A DNA stretch of 63,971 nucleotides, filler included, from an uncultured Methanosarcinales archaeon (GCA_964550945.1; 5 parts of 5 records of this genome joined end to end with filler, not necessarily neighbours in it), one strand, 5' to 3'; counted from the first letter of the whole stretch, positions 1 through 9,608 are shown. Program-made: numbers and translations. The notes: generated by a model not told the origin, from the sequence alone.

Positions 1-161
1 TATTCAACTTCTATAAGAAACAGCATAGAAATTAGCTAATCCTGTCCCACATCCGATAAAACTGGTTGGCTTGAGCCTTAACTTCCCACCTATGCTCCTT
101 ATAGACCGGTCTGGCTAGCCTAGAATTTTAGGCGTATAACAAAATCGCTCAATAATACTTC

Positions 162-251
162 CTAAACAAACAGCGCAACATATTCTATAAATAATGCAAG
201 GAATGCTGTTGCAGCTATTGTTCCCAAAGAGTTTATCTGCTTCATGCTCAT
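162..251 (-). CDS. Small hydrophobic peptide, copy 1 (29 aa, MSMKQINSLGTIAATAFLALFIEYVALFV)
   Basis: Manual translation of minus strand; ATG..TAG intact; paralogous to 2383..2481 and degenerate 1588..1668. Confidence 0.55.
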   Translation of the reverse strand: MSMKQINSLGTIAATAFLALFIEYVALFV

Positions 252-323
252 TTTTAATGGCACAATTAGGTGCTAATTAACAATGAAAAGATTTATATAT
301 AAGTGCTAACTACCAATTAGCAT

Positions 324-1577
324 ATGGAAAAGGAAATATTAAGGCAGATAGTGTTTCAGCAGAAGGAACGTAATCTTTTGCCAGAAAAGACCACAAAAAG
401 AGACTTGCTAGCCAACATTTCAAAATGGCTGGATGACAAAAGGATAATAATACTCACAGGAGTAAGGAGGAGCGGAAAATCAACATTATTAAGGCAGATA
501 ATGGAAAATAAGGAGAATTATTGCTATGTAAACTTTGAAGATGAAAGGCTTATAGAATTCAGAGCGCAGGATTTTGAACAACTAAATGAAGTGTTAATTG
601 AGGCATATGATAGTCCAAAGATATATTTTTTTGATGAAATCCAAAATATAGAAAAATTTGAGACTTTTGTTAGAAGGCTTCAGGATCAGGGCAAGAAAGT
701 GCTGATAACTGGCTCAAACGCCTCTCTTCTAAGCAAGGAGCTGGGCACTAGGCTGACTGGACGGTATAAGGCTTTTGAAGTTTATCCATTCTCATTCCCT
801 GAATACCTTAGATTTAAGGGCTTTGAGCCAAAAAAAGAGGAGCTTTATGTCACAGAGAAAAAAGTCAAGATGATAAAATTATTCAGCGAATACCTCTCTT
901 ATGGGGGATTTCCCGAATATTTAAAGAACAAGGACAGGGATTATATGAAAACAATTTATGACAACATTCTTTATAGGGATATTATCGCAAGATATTCCAT
1001 TAAAAGGCAGAAGCTATTAAAAGAGCTGGTAAATATACTCGCAACAAACATCTCCTCTCCATTTACATATAACTCCATTAAGAAAAGCCTGGGGCTTGCA
1101 AACTCAATAACTGTAAAAGAGTATATCTCATACCTGAACAATTCCTATTTGTTTTTTGAATTGCAGAAATTCGATTTCTCAATAAGAAAGCAGTTGAGTT
1201 CGCCAAAAAAGATATATCTTATAGACCCGGTTTTTAGCACTATAAGCGGCTTTAATTTTTCTGCGAACAAAGGGAAGGTGTTGGAGAATGTTGTGTTCAT
1301 AGAATTAAAAAGAAGAGGCAACGAATGCTACTACTATTCCAATAAAAATGAATGTGATTTTGTTATAAAAGATGGAACAAAAATAATTGAGTCAATTCAA
1401 GTTTGTTATGCTCTAAATGAAAGCAACAGGGAAAGGGAGCTAAAAGGCTTGTTAGAAGCTATGGATAAATTTAAGTTAAAACAAGGGAAGATATTAACTT
1501 TTGAACAAGAGGAAGAGATTAGGGCAGAAGGAAAAAAAATAGAAGTCGTGCCTACATGGAAATGGTTGATTTCATAG
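324..1577 (+). CDS. AAA+ ATPase, AAA_14/DUF4143 family
   Basis: Walker A GVRRSGKS, Walker B FFDEIQ, TGS motif, GGFPE, C-terminal ECDF nuclease-like motif. Confidence 0.9.
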   Translation: MEKEILRQIVFQQKERNLLPEKTTKRDLLANISKWLDDKRIIILTGVRRSGKSTLLRQIMENKENYCYVNFEDERLIEFRAQDFEQLNEVLIEAYDSPKIYFFDEIQNIEKFETFVRRLQDQGKKVLITGSNASLLSKELGTRLTGRYKAFEVYPFSFPEYLRFKGFEPKKEELYVTEKKVKMIKLFSEYLSYGGFPEYLKNKDRDYMKTIYDNILYRDIIARYSIKRQKLLKELVNILATNISSPFTYNSIKKSLGLANSITVKEYISYLNNSYLFFELQKFDFSIRKQLSSPKKIYLIDPVFSTISGFNFSANKGKVLENVVFIELKRRGNECYYYSNKNECDFVIKDGTKIIESIQVCYALNESNRERELKGLLEAMDKFKLKQGKILTFEQEEEIRAEGKKIEVVPTWKWLIS

Positions 1578-1587
1578 CAAAGGAATT

Positions 1588-1668
1588 CTAAACAAACAGC
1601 GCAACATATTCTATGAATAAAGCCGAAAAGGCTGTTGCCGTTATTGTTCCTAAACAAACTTATCTGCT
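1588..1668 (-). pseudogene. Degenerate copy 2 of the hydrophobic peptide gene
   Basis: Reads LGTITATAFSALFIEYVALFV* but is out of frame with the upstream KQI codons (in-frame TAA) and has no start. Confidence 0.5.
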
Positions 1669-1743
1669 TTTAAGAACAGTAAGACGCAAAACATCCTGCA
1701 AAAAGAGAAAGATTTAATAAATTTAGATTCTTTTGAATTTAAG

Positions 1744-2082
1744 ATGGTTGAGAAAGAAACTTTAGAAAAAATATATCGATTAATAAAAGAAAACAAGATA
1801 ATATTTGATCTTGACGCAGAAAAAGATATCTTAAAACAAGGATACAATTGGACAAAAGAGTTTATAATAGAATGCTTACAAAAAGGAAAAATTTTTAGCG
1901 GCAGTGGATTATACCCTTGTATGAAAGAAAGGCGTGATAGATACTATTGCATACACAAATACTCTGTTTTTTCTTCAAATTTGATACTGATAGGATTCAT
2001 AATTCTAGATGATTTGTTGATAATACACATTCAGCCATTAAACAAGAACTCAAAGGAAGGAAAAGAGTATTACAGCCTATAA
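1744..2082 (+). CDS. Hypothetical protein, possibly DUF4258-like toxin
   Basis: 112-aa ORF; pattern KIIF..AEK..I..CL..GKI..RYY..LLIIHI resembles DUF4258; Zn-finger neighbour. Confidence 0.4.
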   Translation: MVEKETLEKIYRLIKENKIIFDLDAEKDILKQGYNWTKEFIIECLQKGKIFSGSGLYPCMKERRDRYYCIHKYSVFSSNLILIGFIILDDLLIIHIQPLNKNSKEGKEYYSL

Positions 2083-2316
2083 TACTTTTCCTTTGTATAA
2101 ATCAATAAAATCAGCGTCTCCAGAGAAAAGCCTTTTTAGTCTATCCATTAGTGTTGGATGGATCTGTTTTCTAACTTTTTCGTATTCATCAATATGGGTG
2201 TAAGATCTCCCGCATTTGCTGCATTTCAGAATTTTTTGAGGAATTGTCTTTCTATTTAATATTATCAGCTCAACTCCTTCTTCCAATTTTCCTTTGCAAT
2301 TGTAACATTCTTTCAT
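2077..2316 (-). CDS. YgiT/MqsA-type zinc-finger protein
   Basis: MKECYNC...KCSKCG (two CxxC pairs); start reassigned to ATG 2316. Confidence 0.6.
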   Translation of the reverse strand: MKECYNCKGKLEEGVELIILNRKTIPQKILKCSKCGRSYTHIDEYEKVRKQIHPTLMDRLKRLFSGDADFIDLYKGKVL

Positions 2317-2382
2317 TTTATTACAAGATTTACAATGGATAGAATGCAATAACTCCTATTTAAGCCTTTTTATTATATCGGC

Positions 2383-2481
2383 TTAAACAAACAGCGCAAC
2401 ATATTCTATAAACAAAGTCAGGAATGCTGTTGCAACTATTGTTCCTAAATAGCTCATGTATCTTATCTGTCTCATGTTCAT
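2383..2481 (-). CDS. Small hydrophobic peptide, copy 3 (32 aa, MNMRQIRYMSYLGTIVATAFLTLFIEYVALFV)
   Basis: Intact ATG..TAA with GTGAT SD-like motif just upstream; single TM-like segment. Confidence 0.6.
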   Translation of the reverse strand: MNMRQIRYMSYLGTIVATAFLTLFIEYVALFV

Positions 2482-2646
2482 TTTTATCACATCATCTTTT
2501 TTATATGACCTATTTTGCCAGCAAAATAAGCCAAGAACCGCCTTTTAAGGGCTATAAACAATATCTCGAAAATAATTTGGGGATTATTTCGCAAGATAGT
2601 TGTTTAGTGTTATGTTTATAACCTCTTGTTTAAGCGGTCCTTAGCA

Positions 2647-3309
2647 TTATATGATTCTGATGATTGAACCAACACATACTGTTATTTGCTGGTCAGGATA
2701 TAATTCAATTTCTTTATCGCATGAAGTTATGTTCAGCATAACCTCATTTGTATTTGTTAACTCTAGGTTATCATCAATTTCTACAGTTAAGCTGGGATTA
2801 AAAGCCCAATCTTCATTGTCTGTTGCCAAAATAATGTCATCATCCCAAGCTGTGATCTTTATTTCCTCTTCTCCTTTGGCTTCATCAACAATAAGGCTGC
2901 ACTCGTAATAGTCCATTATATCCTTATCATATTCTGCCTGCTCTGAAAATTCATCTCCTAAATCGTCGCCATCGCTTAATTTGGATTTCTTTTCCTTGCA
3001 CTCAATTTCTCTGTCATTAATCTCTATTATGACATTATCAGCATTTTTCTCGCTCTGAACATAAACCTCATAATTGACTTCTTCTCCAGCAAATGCATAG
3101 TTATCTTCTCTCTTGGCATCAATCAAGGTTACATAGCTGTGAAGATAAATCTCATCTGTGATTGGTTGATCATCTCCATTGGTGTCGCTTGCATTGCTCA
3201 CAACAGTTACATCAATGCCAAAACCCCCTCCCACATCAATGCCTGCAGCATACTCTATTGGTACAACTAAGACTAATAAAATGCACATCAAATACCGGAT
3301 AATCCCCAA
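2647..3309 (-). CDS. Secreted acidic protein, shorter paralog of 3333..4478 and 4604..5782
   Basis: Signal peptide; shared motifs R.NYAF.GE, YYECSLIV, W.FNPSL. Confidence 0.7.
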   Translation of the reverse strand: MGIIRYLMCILLVLVVPIEYAAGIDVGGGFGIDVTVVSNASDTNGDDQPITDEIYLHSYVTLIDAKREDNYAFAGEEVNYEVYVQSEKNADNVIIEINDREIECKEKKSKLSDGDDLGDEFSEQAEYDKDIMDYYECSLIVDEAKGEEEIKITAWDDDIILATDNEDWAFNPSLTVEIDDNLELTNTNEVMLNITSCDKEIELYPDQQITVCVGSIIRII

Positions 3310-3332
3310 CTTACCCCACCCCCAAATTATTT

Positions 3333-4478
3333 TTATACTACTCTTCCCACAAACCTAAACTGCCCATCAGTAAAGTGGCCTTCACATAGGTTAGGAACAA
3401 TCAATTTAAATGTTATGGACATCTCTGAACCTTGGGTTAAAAACGATGCTTCATCAAAAATGTTTATTATTCTGCACATATCGCTGATTTCTCCTGAATA
3501 GCTTGGCAAATCTGTAAACTCATCATCATTTGCTATGCATCTTGCGCCTAATCCAAAATTAGATGTAGGAGCAATCCCATTTGGCCCAGAATTTACTGAT
3601 CCTTTTGTTGCATAATACCTAAAATTATCAAACCTAATGCCGTTGCCTGTCGGGCAGATTGCGCCTGCGGTTACTGGATCTGTGAAATAATCATCTGCTG
3701 CAATGTACATATCCATCACAACTCCTGAGCCTGCTTCCGCGTTATTTTGCAGATAGACTGTATTTGATAGTTCCCTTGACCCTGGCTCCACTGATCCAAA
3801 ATCTATTGGGCCCCCTAATAGCTCTAGATCAAGGCTTGGATTGAAATTAGCCAGATCATCCCAGACAGTTGTTACTGTGTTTGGATTCGTTGCGCACGCA
3901 TCTAAATTGCCGTCAGTTACGATAATTGAAACTGCATCTTCAGTTGTCCAGCCATCCTGCACTATCAAGGTGCAGGTATAAAACTCAAATAGGTCATCTG
4001 TTACTCCAGTTATATAAGTATCATCATCTGGATCATAAGGGATATTATAATGATCATTGATCCATGCATCAAGTGGGGCAGCTGCCTGGAAATTATTTAT
4101 TGCGCAGCTTCCAACCTCAACATCATCAACCCTTAACAGGACTTCATCAATATCCTCTTCTCCATCTTTATCATAAACTGCTATATAGAATTTTATTGTT
4201 TCTCCAGTAAAGGCATAATTCTGCCTGTAAGGTACGTTATATGTAGGATTGCCATAGAAATTAGCTACAAGAGTTCCATACTCTTCTGCAGTATATATGG
4301 TCTGGTCATTTGGATAGATGACCCTATTGGTGGGATCAAAATAGATCACAGGAGGCTCACAATCCTCTGTAACAGTGACATCAGGACCCTCACCATATTC
4401 TGCGCCATCAGCATATACTAATGGCAAGATTGAGATGATTAGCATAAAGCAGTTTATTAAGCTGAATAGTTTTTTCAT
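3333..4478 (-). CDS. Secreted acidic surface/S-layer-like protein
   Basis: MKKLF signal peptide; D/E rich; closely similar to 4604..5782 (RQNYAFTGET, GPIDFGSVEPGS, FVGRVV end). Confidence 0.75.
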   Translation of the reverse strand: MKKLFSLINCFMLIISILPLVYADGAEYGEGPDVTVTEDCEPPVIYFDPTNRVIYPNDQTIYTAEEYGTLVANFYGNPTYNVPYRQNYAFTGETIKFYIAVYDKDGEEDIDEVLLRVDDVEVGSCAINNFQAAAPLDAWINDHYNIPYDPDDDTYITGVTDDLFEFYTCTLIVQDGWTTEDAVSIIVTDGNLDACATNPNTVTTVWDDLANFNPSLDLELLGGPIDFGSVEPGSRELSNTVYLQNNAEAGSGVVMDMYIAADDYFTDPVTAGAICPTGNGIRFDNFRYYATKGSVNSGPNGIAPTSNFGLGARCIANDDEFTDLPSYSGEISDMCRIINIFDEASFLTQGSEMSITFKLIVPNLCEGHFTDGQFRFVGRVV

Positions 4479-4569
4479 TTTTTTTCTCCACTATCTTACC
4501 TAAACTCCCCTTGTTGTGAATTTGTAAAAATGTATAAGCATGATTTCCTTTTAAACTGTTTATTGGTTT

Positions 4570-4615
4570 TAAAAAAATAAAAAAAATAAAAAAAGGGTTG
4601 TTTTTAGACAACTCT
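4570..4615 (-). terminator. Hairpin plus long T-tract after the 4604..5782 gene
   Basis: Minus strand GAGTTGT-ctaaaa-ACAACCC followed by T-rich tracts. Confidence 0.5.
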
Positions 4616-5782
4616 GCCTACAAAGTGGAACTCACCGTCTGTAAAGTGCCCTTCGCATGGGTTAGGAACACTCAACTTAAAGGTTACAGACATTTCAGAT
4701 CCCTGTGACAAGAGTGAGCCACTAGCTATGTGATTTACAATATGGCACATGTCCTGTATGTCTCCAGAGTGGCTTGGTAGGTCTGTAAACTCGTCAGGGT
4801 CTGCACTACATCCAACTGTTTCACCAAGTGCTGGGAAAGCGTTGTTGTTAGCTCCTGAGTTTATTGAGCCCTTTGTTGCATAATACCTGAACTGGTCATA
4901 CCTTATTCCATTTCCTGTTGGGCAGATTGCGCCTGGGGTTACTGGATCTGTGAAATAATCGTCGCTTGCAATGTACATATCCATTACAACGCCGGATCCA
5001 TCCTCAGCATCATTTAATAAATAAACTGTGTTTGATACTGTCTCTGATCCAGGTTCAACTGATCCAAAGTCTATTGGGCCGCCAGTTAAGTCTAGAGCCA
5101 ATGTTGGGTTGAAGTTTATCCAGTCTGTCCATATGCTCTCTACTGTGGTAGCTGCAGCTGCGCAAACATCTAGGTCACCATCTGTAGCTTGAACACTAAC
5201 AGCAAGCTCAGTATTCCATCCATTCTGCACTATCAAAGTACATGCATAGAATGCGAATAAATCACTTGTGTCGGTTACTCCACCAGTGCTGTCATATAAT
5301 TCGTCGTCTGGATCGTATGGTATGTTCATATGGTCGTTAATGTATGCATCTGCTGGGAAACCTCCTGCGGTTTCGTCTAATTGCATACATGCGCCAACTT
5401 GTAAACCATCAACCAATAGGCTTACTTCATTAATGTCATCTTCACCATCTTCATCATACACAGCTACATAGTAAGTCAATGTCTCGCCTGTAAAAGCATA
5501 GTTTTGCCTTACTGGTACATCATATCCGCCAATGCCGCTAACTGGTCCCCAGTCAGTTGCACCTGCTGCTATTGCTGTACCATACTCGTCTGCTGTATAG
5601 TATGTCTGGTCATTTGGGTTCCAAATCCTTTCTGTTGGGTCTGTATATACTACTGGTGGAACGCAGTCTTCTGTAACATCGATATCTGCTGGTCCGCCAA
5701 TTTCAGCGCCGTCTGCCAGTACTGATGGTAACATAGCCATAACAAGTACTAGAGTCGTTAAAACACTAAACAACTTTTTCAT
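4604..5782 (-). CDS. Secreted acidic surface/S-layer-like protein (392 aa)
   Basis: Start reassigned to MKKLFSVL at 5782 with AGGAGG SD; signal peptide; paralog of 3333..4478. Confidence 0.8.
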   Translation of the reverse strand: MKKLFSVLTTLVLVMAMLPSVLADGAEIGGPADIDVTEDCVPPVVYTDPTERIWNPNDQTYYTADEYGTAIAAGATDWGPVSGIGGYDVPVRQNYAFTGETLTYYVAVYDEDGEDDINEVSLLVDGLQVGACMQLDETAGGFPADAYINDHMNIPYDPDDELYDSTGGVTDTSDLFAFYACTLIVQNGWNTELAVSVQATDGDLDVCAAAATTVESIWTDWINFNPTLALDLTGGPIDFGSVEPGSETVSNTVYLLNDAEDGSGVVMDMYIASDDYFTDPVTPGAICPTGNGIRYDQFRYYATKGSINSGANNNAFPALGETVGCSADPDEFTDLPSHSGDIQDMCHIVNHIASGSLLSQGSEMSVTFKLSVPNPCEGHFTDGEFHFVGRVV

Positions 5783-5809
5783 ATTCTTCTCCTCCTTTAT
5801 ATTTGTTTT

Positions 5810-5985
5810 ATTAACCTGGGCATAAGCTTCGGTTAACCGATAGCAGCTTTTCGCTGCGCCTTGTTTTGCAACAAGGTTCCTCAGAAGCAGGCATAAAGGC
5901 AAGCTAAGGGAGATTTGCTTGATCCTGCCCCAAAAAAAAACAAAATCAATTTACAACTCCCCGCAAATTTTATGCCTGCTTAATC
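5810..5985 (-). promoter_or_regulatory. Structured upstream leader (multiple stem-loops)
   Basis: 13-bp inverted repeat 5885-5897/5969-5981; hairpins CCTTGTT-GCAA-AACAAGG and GCAGC-GAAAA-GCTGC on minus strand; palindrome TCGGTTAACCGA 5829-5840. Confidence 0.5.
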
Positions 5986-6586
5986 ATGATAGAGCTCAAG
6001 CTAATTGAAATTATTAAATAGCTAAAGCTAACACATGAGCATGAAGCTGATAGCCCCAAAGCTATCTCTTATGGCACAGCAAAATTGAAAGTTGCTTTTT
6101 CACTCTCTTGCGAAAAAGCTAAGTCTTTCTCTGATGCTCTGACTGCAGCTGGACTTCAGAAAGTGATCACCTATTTTTTACTTTCAAAAAGTCAGCCTCT
6201 TTTTTGATGCCACCCTCAAATTTTGTGAATATTATATTTAGCAAATCTTTGTTACGAAACAAGTCGTTTGTATTATTGGCTAATAGTTAAATTGAGTTTC
6301 TACTTGAGAGATAATCAGCTGGTTTATATACTTTTATGAAGCGGAAAATATATGATTTGCCACCGAAAATTCTTCTCACAACCATCTTGGGACAATCATT
6401 TTATCGCCGAGAAATCCTGCAGTGGAAATGTAACCTAAAAAATGTACAACAATTTTTTTGCGGTTTCTTTATAAGCATTTATCTTATGCAAAGGGTATAA
6501 GCTGATTTGCATTATAATATTCCACATATGTAACTGTTTGAAAGTAATTTTAGCGGAAATTTATAGTAAGAAAATCTTTTTCATTC

Positions 6587-6703
6587 CTAAAGATTCCCGA
6601 TAGCAGTCAATAATTTCTTATGCCCTTCTATCAATTTCTCAAAATGCTCTAGTTCGTCAACTACTACTTTGTACTTATCTTTTGAATTCTCTGATTTTGC
6701 CAT
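6587..6703 (-). CDS. 38-aa protein overlapping the end of the Doc/Fic gene; candidate antitoxin
   Basis: MAKSENSKDKYKVVVDELEHFEKLIEGHKKLLTAIGNL*, amphipathic helix; starts inside the 3' end of 6675..7073. Confidence 0.5.
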   Translation of the reverse strand: MAKSENSKDKYKVVVDELEHFEKLIEGHKKLLTAIGNL

Positions 6704-7073
6704 GTTTTATCCACTCCTTAACTTCTTCATTAGTGTAATAATTTTCTCTTATTCCTTGCATTGCTCTTGCTTGTGTAGGATTGTCCTCAATATTAAAAGC
6801 CTTTTGGTTGCTTAATAAAAATTCCTTTGCAACAATAAACGCAGTTCTTCTATTGCCGCTTGCAAAAGGGTGTTTTTGGATAAGGCCTTTAAGCAAAACA
6901 ACCGCTTTATCATAAATGTCTCCTTCTGAGTCCTTTGTTTCTTCGATTATGCCAACTATCTTTTGATGGCTTAAGATCTTAGGCTGGTCTGCTCTCTTGA
7001 CCTTTATCAATTTGAGTGCTAAAACATTATACTCAATAACTTTCTCAACTGTTGGATATAAAACATCTGCCAT
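6675..7073 (-). CDS. Doc/Fic family toxin (death-on-curing type)
   Basis: Fic motif HPFASGNRRTA in a 132-aa protein. Confidence 0.85.
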   Translation of the reverse strand: MADVLYPTVEKVIEYNVLALKLIKVKRADQPKILSHQKIVGIIEETKDSEGDIYDKAVVLLKGLIQKHPFASGNRRTAFIVAKEFLLSNQKAFNIEDNPTQARAMQGIRENYYTNEEVKEWIKHGKIREFKR

Positions 7074-7255
7074 ATCCCATATTAAAGTATACTCCTATAT
7101 AAACATTTATTTTTTAAACGATTAACGCCACAATAATCCTGAATTCTAAAGTTTTATGAAAAGATTACCCCTGCAAAAAGGGATAATTAGATAAGGTAAC
7201 TAAACTATTCTTGTTTAACAGATTATAGCAGTTACCCCAAGTTTAGTTATCAAAA

Positions 7256-8206
7256 CTAAATATACCTCACATAGACCTTAAAGAATTTACTAAAAGTGCC
7301 TTCAAGTCTATCCAAAAGAAACCGTTCAAGTTTGAATGGATAACCCTTATCATGCGCTTCTAAAGCGGAAAAATAAGATGATCTAACTGTCTTCCTAACA
7401 ATTAAAGGAGGATAACCATCATCGAGAAGTATAGCATTTACCAAAATCCTGCCAACCCTTCCATTTCCATCCTCAAAAGGGTGTATTTTTTCAAATCTCC
7501 CATGAAAATCAGCTGCTAATTTTAAGGCATGCTCGTTTCCCTTCAGATGATCATACCACAATATTAGATTTTTCATCTCTTGTTCTACTTTTTCTGGCGG
7601 AGTAGTTGCTACATTCCTCATCAATAAATAATTAGGCAATTTCTTAAATCCTTCGCTAACGCCCGTATCCCTGATTAAGATTGAATGTAATTTTAAAATA
7701 TCCTTTATATTTATCCCGATTTTATTGTTGAATAAAAGTTCATTTGCTATCCTCGTATTCCTGGTCTCATATACCTCCCTCAAATCTTTTCCTTTAGGGA
7801 CTATATTCTCATATAGTATAAGAGTAACATCCTTTAGTGTTAAAGAATTCCCCTCTATTGCATTTGATTCGTATGTGAAATTTACAGTAAATCTGTCAAT
7901 AATATCAGAAATCTGATTTTTTGTCAGATTTTTTAGCAGTTGTTTGTATTCAACCCTGAACGATTCAATCTTAGCGATCTTTTCTTGGGTTAATACTCTA
8001 TCGGCTTTATAGAAGCCACTAGCATACTTTTTATATGCCTCAATTTCTTTTCTTAAAAAAAAATCTGCTATTTCTTTGTTTTTTATATCAGAAGGCCTCT
8101 TCACAAGCTTGGATATTTTCTTGATATTCCCATTTGGCAATCTAAATGAATGCTCTGCATATAAGTAATCTTGTCCATTTATCTTTTTGTTTCTAATGCT
8201 TACCAT
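7256..8206 (-). CDS. Fic family protein (class II, autoinhibited)
   Basis: Canonical HPFEDGNGRVGR plus N-terminal inhibitory motif SNAIEGN. Confidence 0.9.
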   Translation of the reverse strand: MVSIRNKKINGQDYLYAEHSFRLPNGNIKKISKLVKRPSDIKNKEIADFFLRKEIEAYKKYASGFYKADRVLTQEKIAKIESFRVEYKQLLKNLTKNQISDIIDRFTVNFTYESNAIEGNSLTLKDVTLILYENIVPKGKDLREVYETRNTRIANELLFNNKIGINIKDILKLHSILIRDTGVSEGFKKLPNYLLMRNVATTPPEKVEQEMKNLILWYDHLKGNEHALKLAADFHGRFEKIHPFEDGNGRVGRILVNAILLDDGYPPLIVRKTVRSSYFSALEAHDKGYPFKLERFLLDRLEGTFSKFFKVYVRYI

Positions 8207-8284
8207 ACCAAGTTAGTTACCCCTACAAATATTTAAACCTTTCGTTTTTGTAGGGGTAAACAAAAGAATCCTGATTAACAAAGT

Positions 8285-8911
8285 TTACAGAGATTTTTTA
8301 TTCAATTTCTTAAGCACTAATTCCCTGCTTAGCAATTTATCTATGTCCTTCAGTCTGCTGACAAATGTGATTGAATCGTTCAAAACTTTCTCCGCATCTT
8401 TTTTCTGCGATTCTAGGTTTGCTCCATACTGGTATTTGGTTCTTTCCTCTTTGGCAAAGATATAGCTCACCACAAGCCCTTTTGCTTTTTCTTCTGCATC
8501 TTCATAAAGCTTCAGCAGTTCATCCTCTATTATCCTAGTATAATAAAAATAGTAGATAAGCAGATTAGTGGTAATCTCATGGGCGTATTCTTTGCCAACC
8601 CTAATTCCAATTTTTCTTAATAAAGCATTAACAGAATGGAACATTGCATAGTAGCCCATTATTATTACCCATTCATATGTATTAAATTCAGGGTCAGCTT
8701 CTTCAGTTTGCTCTAATTCCTTGACAAAATCCGGATGCTCATTTAGATTAAAGTTAACTCTAGCCATCCTAAGGTTATAGCCAGCTTTGCTGAAATGGTG
8801 CTTAGCCCATGTTTCATCAGGAAACATTATTTTTATTTTGCTATCTGCTTTATAGCCTTTTACTTCAATTTCAACTTGGCTTTTATTCAAGATTACCATC
8901 ATTCGCCTCAA
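8285..8911 (-). CDS. HEPN domain protein
   Basis: WVIIMGYYAMFH, H, R-x4-Y motifs; overlaps upstream MNT gene. Confidence 0.75.
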   Translation of the reverse strand: MRRMMVILNKSQVEIEVKGYKADSKIKIMFPDETWAKHHFSKAGYNLRMARVNFNLNEHPDFVKELEQTEEADPEFNTYEWVIIMGYYAMFHSVNALLRKIGIRVGKEYAHEITTNLLIYYFYYTRIIEDELLKLYEDAEEKAKGLVVSYIFAKEERTKYQYGANLESQKKDAEKVLNDSITFVSRLKDIDKLLSRELVLKKLNKKSL

Positions 8912-9536
8912 TCAGCATTTTAAAGAAAATATCGTCTCCATAAAATACTATAGATGGTTCTTTATAGATTTCTGTTGCTACGCTAAGCTTGCCCTTTTTT
9001 TTGAAATCTTTAATAAAATCGTGAATATCTTGCTCCACTACATGGAACTTCTTCTGGTAAGGGGTATTTATCTTATTTAAGATGTTTTTGAATTCTGGCT
9101 TGTTTGTATGCCCTAAAAAGAGTATATCGATATCTGAATCCTTTTTTTCTTCATTTTTAGCATAAGAACCAAACACTACACAGATAAAAAAAGGGTTTAC
9201 TCTTTTTAATGTATCTATTGTTTCAGTAATAATAGTATATTCCACATCGTGCTTTCTTTTAAAATCATTAACTTTAATAACAAGATTGGACCAGTTGATA
9301 TAATTTACAGTATCCCTGTTTGCATAATTTAGCTTACACACATTGTAATTCCCGACCTTTTCTTTTTGGATTATTCCATCATTAAACAATAAATCGACGG
9401 CATTGTATGTGTTCTTGTAGTCTGTTTTTATGTTTTCTGCCAGCTTTTTTATAGTTAATCCTCCTTTGCAGTTAAATAGCTCATACACTATCTTTAAGTT
9501 CAGGAGTGTTATTGAAATGATTCTTCTTTTTACCAT
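8883..9536 (-). CDS. HTH + minimal nucleotidyltransferase (MNT)
   Basis: N-terminal wHTH; FGSYAK..DSDIDIL (GS-x10-DxD). Confidence 0.85.
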   Translation of the reverse strand: MVKRRIISITLLNLKIVYELFNCKGGLTIKKLAENIKTDYKNTYNAVDLLFNDGIIQKEKVGNYNVCKLNYANRDTVNYINWSNLVIKVNDFKRKHDVEYTIITETIDTLKRVNPFFICVVFGSYAKNEEKKDSDIDILFLGHTNKPEFKNILNKINTPYQKKFHVVEQDIHDFIKDFKKKGKLSVATEIYKEPSIVFYGDDIFFKMLIEANDGNLE

Positions 9537-9608
9537 AGTACTATGGTAATCATACCATATATTTAAATCTTTTGTTTTTTAATAGCAAGAATCAGCAAGA
9601 CCAACAAA

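Noticed and set aside
30..125. Relatively GC-rich stretch with possible end pairing (candidate ncRNA)
   Set aside because: Pairings are short and match no RNA family I can recognise; would need an Infernal search
163..2409. 26-bp and 24-bp repeats as a CRISPR array
   Set aside because: Copies are 0.8-2.5 kb apart with genes between them; no regular spacers and no cas genes
6035..6052. Match to the first codons of peptide copy 1 (ATGAGCATGAAGC)
   Set aside because: A 13-bp exact match is expected by chance in 64 kb, and the similarity does not extend
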